Of a stretch of DNA of 64,000 nucleotides, positions 55,052 to 64,000 are shown in pieces; the first letter of the stretch is position 1; every line of letters begins with the position of its first letter. Location: the NCBI GenBank assembly GCA_040285825.1, contig JAUPSS010000003.1, positions 1,488,001 to 1,552,000 on the forward strand. The letters are read 5' to 3'. Source of the stretch: Eukaryota sp. TZLM1-RC (Eukaryota > Protista > Metamonada: BaSk clade). Made by a program: the position numbers and the translations under genes. Below the pieces are notes generated by a model. The model was not told the DNA's origin. It ran no database searches and worked only from the letters and a program-made list of their open reading frames with translations.

Positions 55052-58000
55052 ATGGTAATTTCGACCTTTATGGTGAATTTGACAGCAATTCTGCTTGTGC
55101 TTGCTGCTGTGGCTGTTATCTGCTCAGCAGAGAGCGCTTCTCTCAAGAATGGAGTGCCACCTCTGTTCAATGCAACATTGCAATTAGATGAATCCTATCA
55201 TCAACTTATTGTCCAAGCTTCATCACGAACTTCTCTTGATCAGCTTGATGATATCTTTGTTGGTGAGTACGTTCCGGTCAATAGCTATTTTGTTTACACA
55301 ATGTCGTCAGAGGCCGTTCTGTCACTTAGTGTCCACTCGGACTTCACTGTCTATCACTATCCCCCTGACATGCGCATTTCCAAAGCTCTTTATTCACAAC
55401 GCGTTTACGAAAAGGGGCCAATAAAAGCTACAGTTGTGCTTGTACCGTCAACATTCATCAATTCTACCCACTCTTCTATCCAAGACATTGTTAATGAAGT
55501 TTCTGACCTTGAAGATGTACAAGACGTCACAATCACCTCAGCCAGCTCTTTGGTCATTACCATTTCTTCTTCCCGTAGTCTGTCCACTCTTGCCAGTATC
55601 CCCTTTGTTCATTGGGTTGAGCTTAAACACCGTATTAGTTTATTAAACTATGAAGCTGTGACCAATACTGTAGGTTCTGCGGAGTCTTTAACAAACTTTT
55701 ACTCGAAAAACCTTGATGGAAGAGACCAAGTCATTGCCATTACTGATTCAGGACTTGATGCTGGTTCGTGCTTCTTTAGAGATCCTAATCATGGATTTCC
55801 TTACGATTCTGTCAACAACGATCATCGCAAGGTAATTCATTACAGAGTTCTTGGAGATGGTCAAGATCTAGAGTCTGGCCATGGGACTCATGTGGCAGGA
55901 AGTGTAGGTGGTAAAGACTTGAATGATGACTCAAACCCTAACAATGGAGTTGCAATAGAGTCAAAGTTTGTCATTACAGACATTGGGCAGGGAAGAGGTT
56001 TGGTAGATCCAGATGATTTGTATCAAAATCTTTTTTCAAACCATTATGCCAAATCAGCTAAGATTGATACAAATTCTTGGGGATATGTCACCCCAGAGTA
56101 CATTGACGCCTCCCACCAAGCAGATAGATTTGCCTATGATAACCCCGATTATCTCTTAATCTTTGCTGCTGGAAATGACGGAGAATATGGAACCAACACA
56201 GTCATTAGCCCAGGTAACGCCAAGAATGTTCTGACTGTTGGTGCTACCCATACCACTAAGCAGGGGTTTATTGACGCCTGCTGTGTTGGTGATAGCTGTT
56301 GTGATTCTATTGATGAAATTAGAAAAACCAAGCACACGCCTGAACACCTTGCTGGATATTCCTCAATTGGACCTACTGTGGATCTTCGGTTTAAACCTGA
56401 TATACTTGCAGTTGGAGGATTCACCAGGTCTGCGGCTTCTCATTCTTCTTCAAGCCACTGTTCGTCTACCGCCATGAGGGGTACTTCTATGGCGACTCCG
56501 TTGGTAGCAGGTGCTGCTGCTTTAGTTAGGCAATATTTTGTAGAAGGTCATTATTCACGTGGAACGGTCAATAACCCCAAATCATCATTAATCAAAGCAG
56601 TTTTGATTGCTGGAGCTCAATCAATCAAATATGATAATGAACATCATAAACTACCTCAATCACCTTCTTTTTTCCAGGGAAACGGTAGAATGAATCTAAC
56701 CCGGTCACTTTCCTTGGATGACAGTCACTTTCTTTATGTTTCTGATGATTTGACTTTCACTTCAAGTTCTGACACTTTTGAATTTTTTATTAATGTTGAG
56801 GAAGTTTCTACTGATGTTCCCTTCAAAATTGTTTTAACTTGGACTGATCCTCCTGCTGATGTTGCTTCAAAATTTGCTCTTGTCAATGACCTTGACTTGA
56901 CAGTCAGTAACCCTAATCACGATTTGATTTACGGAAACCACGGAAACTCCCCCGATATACTCAACAATGTAGAATCAGTTCAACCAGAACAGATTACAGG
57001 GATTTATAGACTCAAAGTTTCTTGTAATCGTTTGGTCACGTCAAGTCAAGCATTTTCTTTAGCTGTGGTCGCTCATAAAGCGTCAGTTCTTGACCGCTAC
57101 TCATCTACAGTCGTTGATTACCTGTCAAAATGTCCACTTGATTGCAATTCAGTAGGGACTTGCAACACTGCTACTGGGTCATGTTTTTGCCCTTCAAGCC
57201 ACTTTGGAGAAGCTTGTGAATTCACCATTTGCCCCAATAATTGTTCAGAAAGAGGTCAATGTAGTAATGGAAAATGTGATTGTCATACAGGATTTATGGG
57301 TGTTGACTGTTCGATCGGGTTTTGTGGGGGAGTTGTGACCTTAACGTCCAGAAGTGGTGTTATTTCAGATCATTCTGGGGGCTCTTCACTTTCCCATTAC
57401 GCTATTGATTCAAACTGTTTTTGGATTATTTCTCCTACTTTGAAGGCAAACGAACGAATTGTTTTGGAATTTAGTAGAGTTGCTACCGAATTCTTTTTTG
57501 ATACTCTTACCGTTCAGGAAAATTCTTTTGCTGGTAGAGAATTACTTAAAGTTTCCGGTCATCCTTCCAATTTACCCGATCCAATCATCAGCAAAGTTCC
57601 CCTTTATATTTCCTTTAATTCTGATGAAAGCGTCAACTCTTATGGTATTGAATTTACCTGGAAAGTAATTGAAGACGGTAGCTCGATAGCTTCTGAATTT
57701 GATTGCTTTTCTGTTGGTACCTTATCAAGTTCTGGTAAATGTTCCTGTTCCCAAGGTTATTATGGTGATTTTTGTTCTGATTTGGCTTGCGAAAAGAATA
57801 CTAGCTTGCCTTTATTTATTCATAATTTTGAATACTTTTATGATGGAAACAGAACTCCCCAAAAGACGTTCTTTGAATCTGGAAGTGTTACGGACAGATT
57901 TAAGGGTCCAATTTCCAGTATTAAAGCAAAATCTGAAAATTCTGATAAGCCTTTTCTGGGTACTGTTGCAAACTCGCTTTCAGGATATTGTATTGATGAG

Positions 58001-58429
58001 TTGGCTCCACATAAGAGACTCTTGGCTACTGGGTCTGTTGCTAAGGGCACTATTGGATCTTCAGCTCATTCTGTGATTTTTGATTTTGATATTAAAGTTT
58101 CTAAATTCGAGGTTGATTTCTATTATGATGGTACAGAACAATCAACCATTTCTCTCGTTTCCTCTCCTTCATCAAACTCTGCTCTCCATGCCAGTGGTAG
58201 TGCCAAATCATCATGTCAAGGCGGCATTGATTCTTTATACGGAGGAACTCTGGTGTTTGAATCAAGTGATACCATTGAGGAAATTGAAGTTAAAGCAGAA
58301 GGTACAAATAACTTGCTCATCAGCGAAGTACGTGTTCAAGGTGTATGTAGTGGAGTAAAAGAAAATGTATTTTCTTTTAAACTTTTAATTCTTGTTGTTG
58401 CAGTGTTGGTAGTGGTCTTTTCTCAGTGA
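55052..58429 (+). CDS. Membrane-anchored subtilisin-like (S8) serine protease with EGF repeats and a CUB domain
   Basis: Signal peptide; catalytic triad ITDSGLD, HGTHVAG and GTSMATP; AAGN oxyanion motif; LVNDLDL; EGF CPNNCSERGQC; CUB CGG..CFWII; hydrophobic C-terminus. Confidence 0.93.
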   Translation: MVISTFMVNLTAILLVLAAVAVICSAESASLKNGVPPLFNATLQLDESYHQLIVQASSRTSLDQLDDIFVGEYVPVNSYFVYTMSSEAVLSLSVHSDFTVYHYPPDMRISKALYSQRVYEKGPIKATVVLVPSTFINSTHSSIQDIVNEVSDLEDVQDVTITSASSLVITISSSRSLSTLASIPFVHWVELKHRISLLNYEAVTNTVGSAESLTNFYSKNLDGRDQVIAITDSGLDAGSCFFRDPNHGFPYDSVNNDHRKVIHYRVLGDGQDLESGHGTHVAGSVGGKDLNDDSNPNNGVAIESKFVITDIGQGRGLVDPDDLYQNLFSNHYAKSAKIDTNSWGYVTPEYIDASHQADRFAYDNPDYLLIFAAGNDGEYGTNTVISPGNAKNVLTVGATHTTKQGFIDACCVGDSCCDSIDEIRKTKHTPEHLAGYSSIGPTVDLRFKPDILAVGGFTRSAASHSSSSHCSSTAMRGTSMATPLVAGAAALVRQYFVEGHYSRGTVNNPKSSLIKAVLIAGAQSIKYDNEHHKLPQSPSFFQGNGRMNLTRSLSLDDSHFLYVSDDLTFTSSSDTFEFFINVEEVSTDVPFKIVLTWTDPPADVASKFALVNDLDLTVSNPNHDLIYGNHGNSPDILNNVESVQPEQITGIYRLKVSCNRLVTSSQAFSLAVVAHKASVLDRYSSTVVDYLSKCPLDCNSVGTCNTATGSCFCPSSHFGEACEFTICPNNCSERGQCSNGKCDCHTGFMGVDCSIGFCGGVVTLTSRSGVISDHSGGSSLSHYAIDSNCFWIISPTLKANERIVLEFSRVATEFFFDTLTVQENSFAGRELLKVSGHPSNLPDPIISKVPLYISFNSDESVNSYGIEFTWKVIEDGSSIASEFDCFSVGTLSSSGKCSCSQGYYGDFCSDLACEKNTSLPLFIHNFEYFYDGNRTPQKTFFESGSVTDRFKGPISSIKAKSENSDKPFLGTVANSLSGYCIDELAPHKRLLATGSVAKGTIGSSAHSVIFDFDIKVSKFEVDFYYDGTEQSTISLVSSPSSNSALHASGSAKSSCQGGIDSLYGGTLVFESSDTIEEIEVKAEGTNNLLISEVRVQGVCSGVKENVFSFKLLILVVAVLVVVFSQ

Positions 58430-58549
58430 TGTGTACATATAGTTTTTTACATAAAGCATTTTTGTCTATTTCTGTTTTGTTTGATGAATTAATTAATTAA
58501 TGACTAAAAAATAAATACACAAAATAACCCAAAATAACCTGAGTTACCA

Positions 58550-59767
58550 CTATCGAAAAACTCGAACCCTATCTGACTTCTTTTTTCTTTCTTTTTCCAA
58601 CATTCTATCCTTGTATTCTTTAACTTGATCATTTACCAAAACAAAAAACCCTCCAAGATCCAGGTCTTGCCCCAAGCCCTTGACGGCCCTTGCAGAAATG
58701 TTACTGGTCGGAGCTACAATCTTTAGCACATCTGAAATTACCGAAACTTTCATAACTCTGTCAGAAGTGGTGGTGGCTGAAAGAGAAGGTGAAGCATTGA
58801 CCTCGATTAGCCAAGGTCTTAGATCAGCATCAATAATAATGTCGTAACCATAGCATTCAAAGCAATGTTTGTCATTTACAATAACATTTTGGCAAGATCT
58901 CAGAGAATGTTCAATCACAAATTCAATTTCATCAAAGCATTTATTTGAAGCTTCAAGTCCATAAACTTGCTCCAAATAAACCCTCAAATTAGCAACAGAC
59001 CATTTACATCCATTCTCTGAATTATAATCTGAATTTGTTTTTTGAATAGCAATATTAGTTAAGTGCACAAAATGATTATCTAATGAATTCAAATCCATAG
59101 AGTATTGTTGAGTACAGAATCTTGCAAACCCATGACGATGTATAAACGCCTGCAGGGGTCTGTAAGAAGTTACCAAGACGTACAATCTCAAATCAAACTT
59201 CCTTCCACCTATTAATAAAGGATTATGAATGTATTTCGAAGCAACATAGGAATCTCGTGCAGAAACGTTTGTATTGTTGTTCCATCTCTTAACAAACTTT
59301 TGGAGCTGAGACATTTTGTTTACAATAAAGACCCCGTGGCCTTGTGCTCTGGCTGAAGGTTTAAGGATCCATAGAGTATTGGAATTACGACGATAGTGGT
59401 CAAGAAAGAGAGGAAGTTCTGCAGGCAGGGAGAAAGTAGCAGGAACAAGTTCTAATTGTACATACTCTCCATTAGAAAGACGGTCTGCTAAAGGGTTTCC
59501 TTCTCTTTCCAGTTCTTTACGGTATCGCTTAATGTTTTTGACAAGAAGGTCTTTACGTGTAAGTTCAAAGTGATTAGGAAAGTGATTTATGAGTTGTTCA
59601 TCAGAGAGCCTATATCTGGTTTCTGGATTAAAAATGTGCTTGATTGTGTGTACAGAAGCCCAATAAACATTCCAGTCTTCATCAGAAGAAGAGCGATTCC
59701 ATCCACGTTTTTCAAAACTAGAAACAACAACGGAGCGCTCACTGTCTACCTTCCATTTGACAGACAT
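58550..59767 (-). CDS. TTLL1: Tubulin polyglutamylase TTLL1
   Basis: FEKRGW, INHFPNHFELTRKDLLVKNIKRYRKELE, KFDLRLYVLV, HLTN and EVNASPS. The ATG is at 59767. Confidence 0.92.
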   Translation of the reverse strand: MSVKWKVDSERSVVVSSFEKRGWNRSSSDEDWNVYWASVHTIKHIFNPETRYRLSDEQLINHFPNHFELTRKDLLVKNIKRYRKELEREGNPLADRLSNGEYVQLELVPATFSLPAELPLFLDHYRRNSNTLWILKPSARAQGHGVFIVNKMSQLQKFVKRWNNNTNVSARDSYVASKYIHNPLLIGGRKFDLRLYVLVTSYRPLQAFIHRHGFARFCTQQYSMDLNSLDNHFVHLTNIAIQKTNSDYNSENGCKWSVANLRVYLEQVYGLEASNKCFDEIEFVIEHSLRSCQNVIVNDKHCFECYGYDIIIDADLRPWLIEVNASPSLSATTTSDRVMKVSVISDVLKIVAPTSNISARAVKGLGQDLDLGGFFVLVNDQVKEYKDRMLEKERKKKSDRVRVFR

Positions 59768-59819
59768 ATGCTGCAATGTGAAATTAATTCAAAATTGTTT
59801 TGGAAAATTAATACTTGGA

Positions 59820-60437
59820 ATAAATACTTCAGATCAAGCCAATCTTACACAATTCAGTTCGTGATGTGACATATGAGATGTTTAGGTGTCATGGTTTTAA
59901 TGGGAAAATAGAACCTCTACTGAAACACTACAGTGATAACGATATTTTCAACTGTCGTTGTGGAGATTTGATTGTACCCTTTACTAACTCATCTCAGGCG
60001 GTTGTTGATTTTACTACTGTTGACCCTTGTGCAAAAGTGTACTTGTCTTCAGTTTTTAATGATGAAAATTCGCATCTATGTCAGGCGGAGGCACGTAAGA
60101 ATCAGTTGTATGATGAAGTAATGAGGAATCTTAATCAAAATTTATACTCTTCTTTTGTCTTCATTCCGTTTGCAATTTCGATTTTTGGAAGTATTGGTAA
60201 GATAGGTCAAAAGTTTCTTGATTCTTTTGCCAAGTTATGTCTTGAACGTAACAGATTATTTAACATTTCCATTTGGCGTAATAGAATCATCTTTGCTTTA
60301 TTTCGAAGCTTTCCCAAATACTTGTCTCAGATATTCAAAAAGTTATATAGAAGTGTAAGGGTAGATGTGGAGAATTTTTCTTCTTATAAGTTCTAGCTCT
60401 TAGCTGTATGTTGTCACTCTATAATAATAATAATAAT
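59820..60437 (+). mobile_element. 5'-truncated R3-related retrotransposon with (TAA)n tail and 16-bp TSD AAAATTAATACTTGGA (59804-59819 / 60438-60453)
   Basis: IEP..GDL..DFTTVDP..PFAISIFG..WRNRIIF; ends VENFSSYKF*. Confidence 0.92.
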
Positions 60438-61170
60438 AAAATTAATACTTGGATGTTTTTCAAATCATTTTTCAGTTTTTTCAAAGTATCGAATTTCGTC
60501 ACAGCAGAATTTTCTTTAATTTGTTTTGTATTTTGCTAGGCAATTTTGGTTGAACACATTGCCACTCTTATAATGCAAATGTATTGATTACACAATAAAT
60601 GGTCAAACATTGTTAGAATTTGCTTACTCTATTACAGAACGCTAATGAAATCCACATACAACAATCAAATTTGATAGTATTGATCATTATCATAAATTGG
60701 TACTAACGACGGAGATGAAACAAAGAAAATGATGGACATACAGGAGGCTTGTATCGTTCAAATGCTTCTTATCCTCTTCCCTTGAGCAAGATCATATTGG
60801 AACTTTGCTTCTGGACTGTAACCATTGTAATTGGAAGAAGGTTAAGAGGTATTGACAAAAGCATCAATTGGAACATGGCAAAATTTATATGGTACGGAAA
60901 GCTCTCATTGCTTGAAAATTTTCCATTGAAAAACTGCTCAACATAAATAATGTAGTACTGGTTTGAAATTCATCAAAAAAAAGTGTCATCTTGTCTTATT
61001 ATAAGGAAGCTTGGTGTACTTCATCTATTTACCCTTGCTATAATGTAATTAAAATTTACTTAATTCTGATGTTACCTGTTCTAATTACCTATTTCTATTG
61101 TTTATGAAATATTTGATGTACTATTTGTATTTTCTATTAAGGGGAAATTTGAACGGTCTTGTTATAATTG

Positions 61171-62116
61171 TATTTATTGAATTTGCACACTTGATTAAAT
61201 TAAATCATAACTAATGGGACGACTATCATTAAACCAAGATTTCCTCTACAAAATCTTGATTTGCTTGCTGTCTAGCTAAAGCTTCTCTAATTCGATTGAA
61301 AAACCGCGGTAATCTATTAATAATGGCAAATTGAATCCGTGAACCCCATAAAAAAATATCAAATCTCTTCATTGTTTTTTCTTTCACCATTTTTTGGAAG
61401 TCATCCAAAAAAGTTTCTGCTTCAACTGATAATCTTCCATTTATCGAAAATGGGAAAGCAATAAAAACCAGCTGTGTATTTCTATCGACATTTGCATCTT
61501 CAATTTCTTTATCATATTTTCTATGTTTTTCTTTTGCTTTAAAATCCAGAGCAGCCACAGGATTAAGTTTTCTTCTGTGAACCAAAGTATCGTTTGCAAC
61601 ATTACATGAGACAAAGTCAACAATAGCTTCAGAATTATCAATCCAATCACAGTATACATCACCTCTATCATCAGAACCAAAATTATTCAGAGAAAGTGTT
61701 TCCTTCAGCAGGGGCTCTTTGATACACGATATCCTTGCAGTTTGTGCCATATTGAAAACAGTGTCTCTAACAGCATCATGTAATGAAGAACGATAAGTTA
61801 TCAATTTAGAGCAATTCAGAGCATGGCGCAAAATGAATTGAGGGAAATTCGAACAAATACATTTTTCTTTTGATAATAATTGATTAATGGGGATGTTCAA
61901 ATATAATCTCATTTTTGTTACAAATGCTTCATTAGTGGCACACAATCCAAATCTTCGTGGTACAATGGTTACAAAAAGTGAAGAATCTGACGACTTGTTT
62001 TCACAAACACCCTTTTCCAATAACAATGAGTGAAGATCTTGATTTAAAACAGCCGAGCTGCGTATATTATTATAAAGATCTTTTTCATACATTCCAGTCA
62101 ATCTTTTCTGTAATGT
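61171..62116 (-). mobile_element. 5'-truncated family R2 retrotransposon with an open reading frame
   Basis: 300-aa ORF with knuckle and RLE motifs, nearly identical to 10836-11791. Confidence 0.92.
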
Positions 62117-63749
62117 CTTGTTATTGAACACATTTCAATCCTTGTTAAATGGAATTGTGTTTCAAATTGCTAAAGGAATACAGAGACTAATTTTTGATTT
62201 AATAAACTTTTACTTCAGTTGCAAAACCTGCAGACATCAATTATTACGATTTACGGTTATTCAAAATTAAGGAGTAACTATTTAAACATTAAAAAACTAC
62301 TACAACACTGACCTTCTTCTCTTTTCTTTATTAGCACGCGCTGCATTGCACCTATTGTGTGATCATTTTATTAAAAGCATTGTGGTATATAAAGCTATTC
62401 TTCAAAATGATGCAAATAATCACCTCGTTCAATCCATATTGGTCAAAAAGTAAAAATGATTTGACGTTCACAAATTTGAACTCTCTTGTCCCAAATAGAA
62501 TCAAAACCAGCAATTTGCTGGCAGCAAAAGAAATTGATGAAGCTGGTTTACTTGGAATTAAAAGCACTAAAAAGTAAGAAATGATTATGCAATGGCAACG
62601 AGTTGAATAAAAATAAGGTTGGGGTCAATCCACCATTATTTTTTTTGAATTGTAAAAGAGGATTCAAATTCTGTTGCACCAATGTGGGATTCACAACACA
62701 TGACATGAACTCATCTTAAAGTGAGAACACTACGGTTTTCGTCAAAAATAATACACTATTTATATGCAAACAAATCACTTGGTTAACACATCTTACAATT
62801 GACCTTAATTTTAATTCATGAACGTAATTTTTCACTTTACCATGCAACATTGACACCATATTGACCGATATTCTCAAGCTTTTATAATTTTATTATTCTA
62901 AACAAATTCAACATCATTCAACATAAAGTTTCTTAAATTATGAAGATAACTATCAAACTTTTGAGCTTAATTTTTAAATTTCTTTTTGTAAGTACTGGAA
63001 AAAAACTTAAACAACGTTGTTCGTACTGTATTTTATTCAATTTAAAAAGTACGAACAACGTTTTGAAGCGATGAATTTTTACGGTATGGAGAGGCGGGGT
63101 TTGAGGATTGATAACTTCATCATAACTTATTTCTTTTTGTTTGGTAATAATTCATGTAGTCGAGAAGGCCCACAAGTTGGTAGTTTAGGAAAATTTCCAA
63201 AGGTAAATGTAAATTTTCGGAGTTCCAAGGCTGAAAAAGAAAAATTATTGAACAGCAACACTCAATGAAATGAAATCAGAGATAATGGGACTAAAAAGCT
63301 GGGTCACTAAAAGCATGCATAAGGTATATATGCTATAATAACAAAAAACAAATGGTTTATATCAAGGGGGGACAAACAATGGGAAAATGAAGTGTAAATG
63401 TCAAAATGGGACCAACTAACTAATTATGGCTATGGGCCAGCAGAATAGAGTGAAATTCAATAAGTTTCAATTTATTTGCACAAAGACAAAAGAGAAACAT
63501 CAAAAGAAATCCAACAAATCATAAAGCTTTATTAGTATATTAGTCGAAAGTTCCTGTTTTGCTGGGTCTTCTGAATAGATTATATTCATAATCAGCATTT
63601 ATCTTGATTTTGAAGATGCAGATGTAGGATGGTTAACCAGGATCTTCTCTACATCAGCTTTTGAAACCCCTTACAATGTGAAATCTTTCGGCGATATCTG
63701 CTAGCTGTATTTACTGCTACACTCATGAACTGTCCTCATTCTTGACGAT

Positions 63750-64000
63750 ATGTCCAACGAAGAATCCCCTCTTTGTCGCTCCACAAGTGACACTCAGTTT
63801 GGTGTTTTCCTCTACAATAGACCGACTTCAATATGCTATTCTCCCCCAAAACGTCTGTCACGAAGCCAAATAGAAAAGATCCTGGCCTCTCAATCAAGAG
63901 AAAGTACAGAGATTTGCCGATCTCTAATAGAACTTGGTTCTTGTAAGCTCGATCACTGCAAGTTTGCTCACAACGTTTCAGAGCTTAGACCGACGCTCAA
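63750..64000 (+). CDS. CCCH zinc-finger (TIS11-like) protein, 3'-partial, start uncertain
   Basis: Manual translation MSNEESP...TEICRSLIELGSCKLDHCKFAHNVSELR; open to the window end. Confidence 0.65.
   Translation, partial: MSNEESPLCRSTSDTQFGVFLYNRPTSICYSPPKRLSRSQIEKILASQSRESTEICRSLIELGSCKLDHCKFAHNVSELRPTL

Noticed and set aside
1-64000. CRISPR arrays, tRNA or rRNA genes, and a non-standard genetic code
   Set aside because: No repeat-spacer array or tRNA/rRNA was seen. Conserved genes are uninterrupted and end in TAA, TAG or TGA.

Overview
AT-rich, gene-dense eukaryotic DNA in the standard genetic code, almost intron-free. It is inferred to come from an intron-poor flagellated protist, possibly a metamonad. 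There are about 17 host genes: a vWA protein, an ELMO-domain protein, LSM4, a SART3/Prp24-like protein, a formin, a bacterial-type glycerate kinase, a maltose O-acetyltransferase, UTP25, PRP16, Aquarius, a RasGEF, a subtilisin-EGF-CUB protease, TTLL1, a CCCH protein and three unknowns. They are separated either by tiny intergenic gaps or by islands of decayed mobile DNA. The islands hold (i) several families of non-LTR retrotransposons of the restriction-like-endonuclease (CRE/SLACS-type) class, mostly 5'-truncated, often nested, with 11-16 bp TSDs, and (ii) five decayed Fanzor (eukaryotic TnpB) loci from two subgroups. The most striking signal is that three Fanzor loci have their 3' (omegaRNA) end directly in front of a host start codon on the same strand. 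Two of them share an identical 35-nt terminal block ending 4 nt before the ATG of unrelated genes. The third carries a clearly structured RNA (UUCG and GAAA tetraloop hairpins) about 40 nt upstream of PRP16. One Fanzor copy also holds a perfect 482-bp palindrome. All mobile-DNA islands lie upstream of genes and none lies in a tail-to-tail gap.
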